Origin: the human T2T-CHM13v2.0 reference genome, Homo sapiens
Length of the DNA stretch: 64,000 nt
Direction: 5' to 3' (one strand)
Assembly: GCF_009914755.1 (NCBI RefSeq)
Contig: NC_060927.1
Part shown: one piece after another, positions 36,151-47,600 of the stretch
Position numbering within the stretch: the first letter of the stretch is position 1
Layout of the letters: each line of letters begins with the position of its first letter
Made by a program: the position numbers and the translations under genes
The notes under the pieces: model-generated
What the model was told of the DNA's origin: nothing
Database searches by the model: none
Seen by the model: the letters and a program-made list of their open reading frames with translations, nothing else

Positions 36151-38368
36151 TTCCATGTTATGTATAAGGAGTTAATTGCAAACATGCAATTGAGAAACTG
36201 GATAGATACACTCATAAAACCCCCACCCCTCCCCACCCCACCCCTGCTCCCATTGTGTGTGTGAAATTCTCAGTCTGTGGCATGTTTGACCTGTGGCAGG
36301 ACTCGCTGCTGCCAGGTGAGTCACCGCCTGTCCTGCAGTGGAGCATGCACAGCTCGCAGCCTCTTTGCACGATTTCATCCATTTTAAATGCTTGACCCTC
36401 TTGCTTGGAGTTCTTTTTGCCTCAGAACCTCTCCTTCAGGAGCACTTCTAGCTGACTTCTGCACAAGCTAGTGAGGACCTGCCAGAATTGTTGCCTGAGC
36501 GTGCCAGGCTGCAGGGCAGGCAGTAAAAGGCCCCCACATACCCTGCAGTTTTCTCTGTCCAGGATAGCAGGTAAAAAGGAATCCCCAGAGCAGACGCAAT
36601 GGTAGGAGCCTGCACAGGATGTGTGTGTATGGACATTCTGAAGGTTTGCTGTAGGATATCTGTCTGTCTGTCATTTTCCCTTCCTACCCCAACCCTGAGC
36701 CAGAGGCATCTGACAGCCCTTTCCCAGAGGGCACCACGCAAGGGCAGAGCTGGGCGGCATCCACAGCCAGAGAGGCAGAGGCAAGAGCAGAGCCAGGCTG
36801 TGCCCGAGGGACCCCAGCTCTTGACTGCACCTGTTTCATGCCTCTCCTCTGTGGCTAGGAGGCTCAAAGGACTGTGAGCCAGGAGATCTGGGCTGGAGCT
36901 AGGGGGTCAATGGATGCTCAGGAAGAGCTGGGCCTTTGGCACTTGTGGTGAGAACAGTTGACAGTGGTCATCTGGAACTGTTCATATAAACAGTGGCTTC
37001 AAGCTAAGTTTCTTGTGAAGTTTCTCAATAGCAAATCTTACAGAAGGTCCTGTGTGACCCTCTCTGCATCTGTCCCCAGGACCTATGCTCCCTGCTCACC
37101 CCCTTCTCCAAAGCCCAAGCGTCCCGCTGCTCATCAGCTTTTTTACCATTGAGCCAGGAGTGCGGCAGGCAGTACCTGCCTGACCCTTCAAGGCCTGACC
37201 TTCGTCCAGAGTGCTCTGGTTTGCACCATGCATTTCTCAGGGGTCCGCATTTCTCATGCTTTTCTATAAGATCTACACACCCCTTCAGAGAGGGCTCCTC
37301 GCTCACCTCTGGTAGCTATGGATGGGACAGGAAGCTGCCAACCTTTGTGTTGGACTTAACACCCTTGCCTTTCTGGGACTTGGCCTCACCCCACCCATGG
37401 AATACCTGCCTCATCCCAAAGATCAGGTATGGGCTGAATGCAGCCATCTGAGCAAGGGCTGAGGGAAGCCATCATCTAACACCTCTGGCCACCCAGGACC
37501 AGGTCTGTGTGGGGATGTGCCTTGGAGACCAAGGCAATAGTCCTTTCCACTACAGGCCAGGGGATGGGACAAGAAGTAGGGAACAGGCAGGGAAATGTTA
37601 GGAGGTCAGCCTCCAGCAGGCCTAGTCTCAGGCTCTAAAGTACTGACTTTTCAGCAAATTTCCTTTCTGGCCAAGCCCTCTGAGTTTGAAATTCTGACAT
37701 CTGCCACTCCTCATCCCCCACTGTACCCACAGGATACATCATCGCCCCTCTGTGAAGGTGGCTGGAGCAGGCCTCTGGTCCATGGACTGTCCTTCCTGGC
37801 CCTTGCATGGATGCAGTTGTGACTCTGGGGACAATGCAGCCAGAAGCTGAGGGACCAGCACTTGGTGCCTTGGAAAGTAGAGAGCAACAGACACATCTCC
37901 AAATGGGCAAGGAGTCTCTAGCATGCAGCCCAGGCCTTCTCCATACCCCTCTCCCCAGCATCATGAGCAAGGGCATTGCCTCCTCTCTCTGCTCACTTCA
38001 GGGCCCAGTGCACTCACTTCACAGTGACAGCCCTCCCCTACAATCCTTGGGCAGAGCATGTGGTCTGAGGGCCCACAGTGAAAGAACAGCAGTGGTGGCA
38101 ACTATGCCTTGCCTTCTGGAGCCTGTAGGGAGTTTTCCAGGCAGGTCCTTTGCCAGGACAGCATGGTCCTGCCCTGTTGTCCCGTCTGCTCTCCTCTTAC
38201 CCACCCCCATGCTGTAAATACTTGTCATCATGGACTCCAACAGGGTTAGAGGGACAGGCCTAATCAACTGAAACTCCTCGGAGATGCCATCTCTGTCTCC
38301 CTGGGTGCCAGCAGCCCTGCTGCCATGTTCACTGGGGTGGCACTGGAGAGCCATGGCAGTCGTGAGAT

Positions 38369-38435
38369 ATTGTATGTGTATGCACATGATCATGTGTGTA
38401 TGTGCGTGCGTGCGTGTGTGTGTGTGTGTGTGTGT
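38369..38435 (+). repeat. Compound (TG)n/(TGCG)n microsatellite in the BSN 3'UTR
   Basis: tgtgcgtgcgtgc(gt)11. Confidence 0.85.
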
Positions 38436-38779
38436 TTCTGCCTCATTCAGTTTCTGGGGTCAAATCAGCTCCTTCTCTCCAAGTGCACTACCCTGGAGAG
38501 TGGTGGCCACTCAATACCTTTTCCTCTAGCTTTCATGTCTTGTTTTTGCTTTCCCCTTCCTCCTCCCTCTCTCCCTTTCTTTCCTTCTCTCCTTCTTTAT
38601 TTGAGGGGGGAAGAGTGCTGTACAAAGTCAAACAAACAAGTTTACAGTTGTAAGTGCAATGACCCGAGTCCTCCACATGACCTTGTGAATTGTGTGCTGT
38701 CCTTCTGTGCTCTGTGAGAACTCGTGGTACTTCAGTGTCCCTCCCCCTGTATTGTGACAAGGTAATTCTGTGGTATCAG

Positions 38780-38785
38780 AATAAA
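38780..38785 (+). terminator. BSN: BSN distal polyadenylation signal
   Basis: AATAAA followed by GT/T-rich sequence (ctgtttctggg...ggtttct). Confidence 0.8.
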
Positions 38786-39613
38786 AGGACTTGATATAAA
38801 CAACCTACAGACTGTTTCTGGGATGGTTTCTCAAGTGGGAAGGCTTAGCTGAAGGAGCAAATCCCCAAATTTGCGACAATCCTGTCCATGGTTAAAGGGA
38901 AAAGGATGGACAAAGTTGCAGAAGTGCTGGCACAGCACGGGGCTGAGTCCACACCAAGCCATCCAAAGACAATGGGCCCTCCACAAAGGTGCCCAAGGGG
39001 AGGTCCCAAGCTTGGACCTGGAGCAGGCAGTCAGTGCGCAGGCTGTTGAGGGACAGCACCTCCATGGCCTTCAGGTGTGTTGGCTGCATACACAGCTTTC
39101 TGGGACCTGGTTCCAGGGAGGCAGTGAACAAGTGCTGCCCCCTGGTGCTGCCAACAAGCCCTACACCTCTCTGCCTTGCTCCGAATTTTCCAACCCCCAA
39201 ACTCTCACCGGCTGCCAGACCTTAGGCCTTCCTCAGATGGTCAGGAGTACCTCCTTACCGAAGTCACCCAGAGTTGCTAGACCTTTTTTTTTTTTTTTTT
39301 TTTTTTTTAACACAGATAAACAGGAATCCCAGCTTCACCTCTGGCCCTCTCCCCAGAATTAACATTTTGATGCGTGTCCTTCTTTCCTGTTTGTTGTTCC
39401 AGTCTTCATTTTAAACAGAAGCCAGAAGGTGCAATATATCCTGTTTTCTAGCTTTCTGTTTATTTCCACGTTTATTTCAGGTACTTAAATGTTCGTCTTC
39501 CAGTGCTCAACCTCCAGAGAGATACACCATTAGTTCATAGCCAGTCTACCACACACAATCTAAGGAACAGGCACTATGTTCCCAGTGTTCCTATTATAAA
39601 CAATGCTTGATGA

Positions 39614-40337
<724 letters not shown>

Positions 40338-40339
40338 GG

Positions 40340-40346
<7 letters not shown>

Positions 40347-40393
<47 letters not shown>
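40347..40393. repeat. Poly(T) tract, 47 nt
   Basis: Direct count. Confidence 0.9.
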
Positions 40394-40397
<4 letters not shown>

Positions 40398-41073
40398 AAC
40401 TAGTTATCTTGAGTAAGTAATGATGCGGCTGATGGGAAAGGGGAAGCTACAGGCCAGACAAGTGGACTCTCAATCACAAGCACGCCATGGAGCAGGGAGC
40501 CAGGGCCCTGAATGTGGAAGACCAGCCAGACTCAGGTATATGGAGGGAACATCCTTACTGTCCAGCCTCTCCTGATCTCTGTTGGCACCTTAGCCCAGCC
40601 AATCCTGTACCACGTGCACAGGGAACCTGCCTGCCTAGGTTTTTTCCACAGGAAGCTCCCTGGTCCTGGGTGGAGTCTGAGCCCACCAGGCCTTTCACAC
40701 CCAAGAGCTCAGGGTGAGGCCTGGGGAGGAAGGCAGGGACCCACCAGCTCACGGTCCCCAACAAGGTGCCACTGAGAAGGCTGGGTAAAGGCTGCGGGGA
40801 TAGATAGCTCTTGCGGCAGGCCTGGCGACTGATAAGTCCGGGCAGCACCCTAAGAGTTGGCACCCGCCCCTCTGCCCCGCACCCCAGGGCTTTGCTTCGC
40901 GCCCTCCGCCCGGACCCTGGCCCTTCTCTTCTTCGTCTGCGTGGAACTCCCTCCAGGGCAGGGCCTGGCACTGTGTAGTGAATGTCGGCCTCGTGGTGGA
41001 CCCGAAGGAACCCTACAGTCAGCCCCAGAGCCGCGGGAGATCCACGCTGCGGCCGGCTCCGCCCCGCCCAACC

Positions 41074-41127
41074 CTCACCCTCACGCTCACGCTCACGCTC
41101 ACGCTCACGCTCACGCTCACGCTCACA
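41074..41127. repeat. (CTCACG)7 hexanucleotide repeat upstream of APEH
   Basis: CTCACC (CTCACG)x7 CTCACA. Confidence 0.92.
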
Positions 41128-41685
41128 GGCTCCCGGCTCCACATTCCTCGCAGGGCTCCAATCCCGACCCGCCCGCCTTGCCCTTCATCCTCAAAGACTC
41201 ATTGGTCCCATTCCCCTCGGGCCCCGCCCTTCGCGTGCTTGGGCCATGCCCGTCCGACCGCGCTGCTTCCGCCTTGCAGCACCCCCTCAACCCCTTCTCT
41301 CGTAGGCCCTTCTACCCTCCCCGAAGCCGGGCTCCCGGGTTCCGCTTCCACAGGGCCGCCCCCTCTCCTCCGAGATCCAACGCCTCGCCCCTCGGTAAGA
41401 GGCCCAGGACTCAGCCCACGGCCCCGCCCCCCACTTGGCTAGTCCGCCCCTGGCGAGACCCCTGCTCTCACCCACCCAGGACTTCTCGCTCCCAGGCCGG
41501 GTCCTCTCACCGTCAAGGCCCGCCCCCTGCCAACGGTCCTCACCCATTAGCCGAAGGCCCCGCCCCTCACAGATTGCCGCAGGGCAGGGGCGGAGACAGC
41601 CCGGGCCGTCCCAGGCTCCGCCCCCGGAAGCCTCACTTCCGGGCGCGAGCACGCCCCGCCTCGCCCCGGCGGCAGAGAGGAGACT

Positions 41686-41697
41686 ATGGAACGTCAG
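41686..41697 (+). CDS. APEH: APEH exon 1 (coding part, MERQ)
   Basis: actATGG Kozak context; CAG|gtgagg. Confidence 0.93.
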
Positions 41698-44600
41698 GTG
41701 AGGGCTCGGCCCGCGGTCCCCGTGGTCCCTGCAGCCCGGGCCGGGCCTGACCCTGGTGTGTCCCCTGCGCAGGTGCTGCTGAGCGAGCCCGAGGAGGCGG
41801 CGGCTCTGTATCGGGGCCTTAGCCGCCAGCCCGCGCTGAGCGCCGCCTGCCTGGGCCCGGAGGTCACCACGCAGTACGGCGGCCAATACCGGACGGTGCA
41901 CACTGGTGTGTGTGCGAAGGGGAACTGGCTGGCGACGGGGTCGCGCACTGGGGTGGGAAGGAAGGGGGTGTGGAGGGCTCGCTGCTTGACAGTGCGTAAG
42001 GGTATATAGGGAGCCGGCCTGGACTTGGAGGTTACACTCCCACAGGTCCCTGCACACAGGTGTGTGGAGGGGGGGAGGGGGCGTGCGGGGCGTTATCGAA
42101 TGGCGGCCATGAGTGCACGAGATGACGGCGTAGGGGTAGAAGTCAAACCTGGGCTCAGGGCGTGGACCTTGTAGGGCTCTCCACCAACACGCCATCCCAT
42201 ACACATGCCAGGCTGCCCTCAAGATTCCAGGGTGGATGCTGGGGTTACTAGGGGGTTCTCTCAAAGAGGCTGTCAGCTCAGGCTCTGGAGGCCTGGACTA
42301 GGGTTGTGGCCAAGTGTTGTCCAGCCTGCAGCCAGGGTGTCAGTGTCTGGAGACAGATTGAGAGATTGGGGAAGATAGATCTAGGCCTTCCTGGGTCAGG
42401 TGGGGCTGGGGGCAGTAGCCAGGAGTAGCCAAGACAAGGTGAGCAGTCTCATGCCTCCCCTCACAGAGTGGACCCAGAGGGACCTGGAACGCATGGAGAA
42501 CATTCGATTCTGCCGCCAATACCTGGTGTTCCATGACGGGGACTCAGTGGTGTTTGCAGGACCTGCAGGCAACAGTGTGGAGACCCGGGGGGAGTAAGTT
42601 TGAGGGAGGAAGCTTGTGGGCAAGGCCACAGCCGTCCGCAATGCAAGCCTTTTATGAATGCTCACCATGTGCCTAGAAGGGAGGCCAGCAGCCAGGTTCT
42701 TGCCCCCTTGGGAGCTCATTCAGTTTCTGGTGACATGGCCTGATAAGCACTGGAAGCTTGCTCCAAACTCAGCCTGGACTAGAGCCCATGGTGGCCTGGG
42801 GAGTTGCAGAGAGTAGAGTCTCTGCCTCAGGGAGGAAAGGCAAGGTGGGGCTAGAGGTGCTCCAGAAGCTGGTGTGGGGCCAGAGCCTCAAGAATCTCTC
42901 CTAAGAGGTGTGCCCAGTAGGGAGCAGGAAGGGGTTATTGCAAGATAATCCTGACCTGTGCTACCCCATGTCCACAGACTGCTGAGCAGAGAGTCTCCTT
43001 CAGGCACCATGAAAGCTGTGCTGCGCAAGGCTGGAGGCACGGGCCCTGGGGAAGAGAAGCAGTTCCTGGAGGTGAGTCTGCATGGGACCAGGTAGTGGGT
43101 GACAAGAGAGAGGCTCTGCCCCACAGATAAGGCTCTGTTAGCGGGCAAACAGCCTAATGCCCAGATGTCCTCAGGTCTGGGAGAAGAACCGGAAGCTCAA
43201 GAGCTTCAACCTGTCAGCGCTGGAGAAACATGGGCCTGTTTATGAGGATGGTGAGGCATCTGGCTGGTGAGCAGGCAGGGTGGACAGGAGGGGTAGCCGT
43301 AGCCCTGGGCCCCCCCTGATTGGCCCTCCCTGCACCCAGACTGCTTTGGCTGCCTGTCCTGGTCGCACTCGGAGACACACTTGTTGTATGTGGCAGAGAA
43401 GAAGCGCCCCAAGGCCGAGTCCTTCTTTCAGACCAAAGCCTTGGACGTCAGTGCCAGCGATGATGAGATAGCCAGGCTGAAGAAGCCAGACCAAGCCATC
43501 AAGGTGCTCGTGGTCAATCCACGAAGGCCCGGCAGGGCAGCCCTGGGGCTCAGTGTGCTCCCTTCCCATACTGTGCCTGTCAGACCTGGGGAGGCACTAG
43601 CTTCTAGGAAGCAGAGCAGGTCCTATAGACAGGCTGGGCATTGAGTATCTTGTGTTCTCAGGGGGATCAGTTTGTGTTTTATGAAGACTGGGGAGAAAAC
43701 ATGGTTTCCAAAAGCATCCCTGTGCTCTGCGTGCTGGATGTCGAGAGTGGCAACATCTCTGTGCTTGAGGGGGTCCCTGAGAATGTGTCCCCTGGACAGG
43801 TCAGCAGCAACAGCCTGTGTCCCCCCTGGAGTCTGGGACCCTTCTTGAGCTACCACCCCTTGCTCACTCCTGCCCTTTGATCCTGTTTACAGGCATTTTG
43901 GGCCCCTGGAGATGCTGGTGTGGTGTTTGTGGGCTGGTGGCATGAGCCCTTCCGGTTGGGCATCCGCTTTTGCACCAATCGCAGGTGAGGGAGTGGGGCA
44001 AGGCAAGGGGCCTTGCAGCCCAGCTGGCCTTGAGACTGAGTGTCTGTCTCGTGGTTCCAGGTCAGCCCTGTATTATGTGGACCTCATCGGGGGGAAGTGT
44101 GGTAAGTGGCTGATGCCCACCTGTGCTTTGCTGACACATGTTGGCCCTGCCAGCCTGCGTGATGCTCATGTTTCCATCTGGCCCAGAGCTCCTCTCGGAT
44201 GACTCCCTGGCTGTCTCTTCTCCCCGGCTGAGCCCAGACCAATGTCGCATTGTCTACCTGCAGTACCCATCTCTGATCCCCCATCACCAATGCAGCCAGC
44301 TGTGCCTGGTGAGCTGGAGGTGGCAGGGATGGGAGGGTGGTCAGCAAGAAGATGGGATGGTGGATGAGAGCTGAAGGGCCAGTATCATCTCCCCATAGGC
44401 CCTCAGTAGGTGCCCTTCTGTCCTCAATGCAGCAGCGGTGTGAGTTCTGCCTGTCCTCTCAAGGAGGGCCTAGAGGTTGAGAGTGCTGCCATGGAGAGCT
44501 TTGCACTGTTGGGGCATTCCACCTTGAGAGAATGCTCGTCTGCAAGAATGCTCCTCCCCTTGGCTCTCAACTGCATGTAGCCAGGCTCTGCAAGGGGCTG

Positions 44601-47600
44601 GGATATAGTGGGGAGTTACACAATCCCAGACCCTCCCCAGGAAGAGCTCTGGGCCCCTGGTAAAAGTCAGAGGGACATGCCTATCTGAGGCCCCTTGGGC
44701 ATCTGGTCCAGGTCACCAGAAAAGAGATACATCAGGCTTATTCCAGTTCCCCCATCTCCTGGGGCTACCTGAGGCAAAAGGGGATAGGCACAGGGCACTG
44801 TGCCCTAAGGGAACTGCCTGTCCCCTACTGGACCTGACCATTGTGTTCTCTTGCAGTATGACTGGTATACCAAGGTTACCTCAGTGGTGGTAGATGTTGT
44901 GCCTCGGCAGCTGGGAGGTAAGGCATACCTGGCTGGGTGGGTGCAGTGGGGCCTGTAGCTCTGCTTTCCTGCCGTCTGTTGCATCCCTGCCCCGTTCTTC
45001 TTTCCTAGGTTCCTTCTGAGGGCCCTACCTCCCTGCTGGGCCAGCCTTATGCCCAGCATCCTCAGGGAGCGGGGCTGTCACCATAGGGAGCGGGGCTGTC
45101 ACCGTAGGGAACAGTTCAATAGCAAGGAGTGGTAGGACCAAGCTGAGATCAGAGTGGCCCAAGTTGATGATGTATTATTTCCTGTGCTGCAGGTCATAAT
45201 TAGATTTTTCTTATTTTTCCAATGGCTGGTTCAAACCAAAACCATGACTCCTTCAAGTGGGTCTCAGGAAGTGCACTAGGTTGGAATGTCACACTCAAGA
45301 GGCTCTGGACCCGAGGGCATGATATTATCCCATCCACCATCCTAACCCCAGCAACCTTTGTCCAGTCTAAGCCCTGAAGTCAGCTGGGTCTTCAGGAGGG
45401 TGGCTCTTGGCTGAGAGGCTCCCGTCTCGAGTGTTGATAGCTCTGCTTGGATCCTCCTGGACCATCTCAAGGATGAGTCTCTTGTTTTCTCAGGCCACCC
45501 GGTCAGTTCCAGGAGTTCAGTGGACAAGGGATAGCCTCTTTGTCTTCTCTTTGGGTTGCAGGGATGCAGTGGTGGGAACCTAGTATGAATCCCAGCTCTG
45601 CCCTAAATTAGCTGTGTCCTCAGACAGGGTCCTGGCCTCCCTGAGCTCCCATTTCTTCATGGAGGGGTGATTGTGTCTGCCTGCCTCATAGGATCATAGT
45701 GAGTGTTAAGTGAGTGATGATATTAAAGGGTAGGATTTACTGAGCCCCCTGTGCCAAGCGCTGTGCTAAGCACCACAGTGGAGATAAGACGGACAGATGA
45801 TATCTTGGTTAAAGCACCTGGTACCTACCTGGGTTCAACTGGAATTACTCAGGAGAGCAAGTGCTTTTCCTCTGAGCACCCATGGTTTCTCTCTGGAGCT
45901 CTTGAGCTCTGCCTCTCTGGGTCCTCTCTGGGTCCCAAGAGGCCTCTGCCCCTCAGCCACCTACTCAGGCAGCTCCTCATCGCGTAGCGTGCCCCCATGT
46001 GTGCTACAAGCTGCAGGGGCCTGACTGGTGCCTGAGTAGGGCCCTGGGTGAATTCCCCAGTACCCTAGCCTTCCTTGTAGACTACCCTCCCTACCTCCAC
46101 TCCTGGATGCAGCCTCAGCCCTCCTATCTTTACAGAGAACTTCTCTGGGATCTACTGCAGCCTTCTGCCTTTGGGATGCTGGTCAGCTGACAGCCAGAGA
46201 GTGGTCTTTGACTCGGCTCAGCGCAGCCGGCAGGTGAGGGACGCTGATTGTGTTGAGGGGCAGCCCCTGTGGTCAACCCCCAGGAGCCCTGGGGGTTGCA
46301 TGTGCATGCCCCTGGGTGGAATGCCCAGCCACAAAGTCTCATCAGCCCCTTAAAACCCTGCCTGCCCATCCTGGACTCATTTCTCCTGGAGGGGACTGGC
46401 TGCCCTGGTGCACCACAGCAGAACTCAGGCCTTTTCGTCTGAGGCAGAGATGCAACCCCTCCCAGGCATTTCTAGCTGGGGGTCAAGGGGACTGCCACTC
46501 GGGTGGGTCCCTGAACACTCTGTAATGGCAGCTGATGGGGACAGGACTGAGGCCTTCCCCCAGGGATGGAGTAAAGCCACTCACAGTGTGCCAGGCTCCT
46601 TTTGGGTGTGATATTTGGTCCTTGTGCCAACTCAAAGGGGCTCAAAGCCATTCCTTACCTTGCCCAGGGTCACCCAGCAAGTTGTGATGGTGCTGGGATT
46701 TGAACCCAGGCCCTCACACTACTCCCTACTGCACTGAGTAACCATCACCATAGCTGTCCACAGCCTTGGTCTGGCCAGGGCTCTCCAAGAGGGTAGAGAG
46801 GAGGTAGGGGAGGGACCCATAGGTAGAGGGAGTACTCTTGGATGTGGTCGCACCTGTGGCCTTGCCTCTGCTTCAGGACCTGTTTGCTGTGGACACCCAA
46901 GTGGGCACTGTGACCTCCCTCACAGCTGGTGAGCAAGGCTTTGGGGATGGGGGTAAGGGCAGGGCTGGTGAGCAAGCCAACCAGGCAGCGGGGGACTGGA
47001 GCTCCAACATGTGGGGCAGTGATGGCATTCTCAGCCACTCAGCACCACTGACTGTTCCACAGCCTTTACTAACAGGTCCCCAAGGCCCCTGTCTGTGCAG
47101 ACCCTTACCCAACCAACAGACTAGCTTCCCTGCTCTACTGCCCTTTAGCACTCAACTCTGTTCCATGTGTCCTGGCCCAGCCTCAGCACGGCCCCCACCT
47201 CTGCTCCTAAAACCCACAAAACTCTCTCTTATCAAGATCTGCCAGACTCATCCTTCTCGCTCTGCAAACCTTGGGTGCCTGTCTCAGGCAGAGGCAGCTC
47301 TGCCACCTGAGGGCCCAGGAAAAGCCCAGTGTTGACTCCCCCGTCTTCCCCATACTTAGGCCTGGTGATTCTGCCTTTGAAATGTGTTTTGAGTCCTCCA
47401 CCTGACCTGACTGTATCCGCTCCTCCACAAAGCTACCAAAGTATCATTCCAAAGCTACATCTCATTGTACAACTGCTTGGACACCACTGCCCCAAATCAG
47501 CACGCTCCCCGACCCCCAACTTCCCGGTCCCAGCTGCCACCCTGCACACAGCAGCCATCGAGGGACAGGCAGATGTGCCTGCATGGTCTGATGTGTCTTA

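Larger units (their letters stand above)
34850..38810 (+). other. BSN: BSN terminal exon 12 (long 3'UTR; 3' end approximate)
   Basis: Long polypyrimidine tract 34800-34846 then aag| acceptor; no Alu or L1 recognised; AATAAA at 38780-38785. Confidence 0.75.
40790..42130. promoter_or_regulatory. APEH: APEH CpG-island promoter
   Basis: Dense CpG; several CCCCGCCC GC boxes; inverted ETS pair CCGGAAG (41624-41630) / ACTTCCGG (41635-41642) just upstream of the ATG. Confidence 0.85.

Noticed and set aside
40857-41750. 297-aa ORF with an (HA)n tract across the APEH promoter
   Set aside because: Non-ATG start, out of frame with APEH and within a stop-poor CpG island; the dipeptide tract is just the CTCACG repeat.
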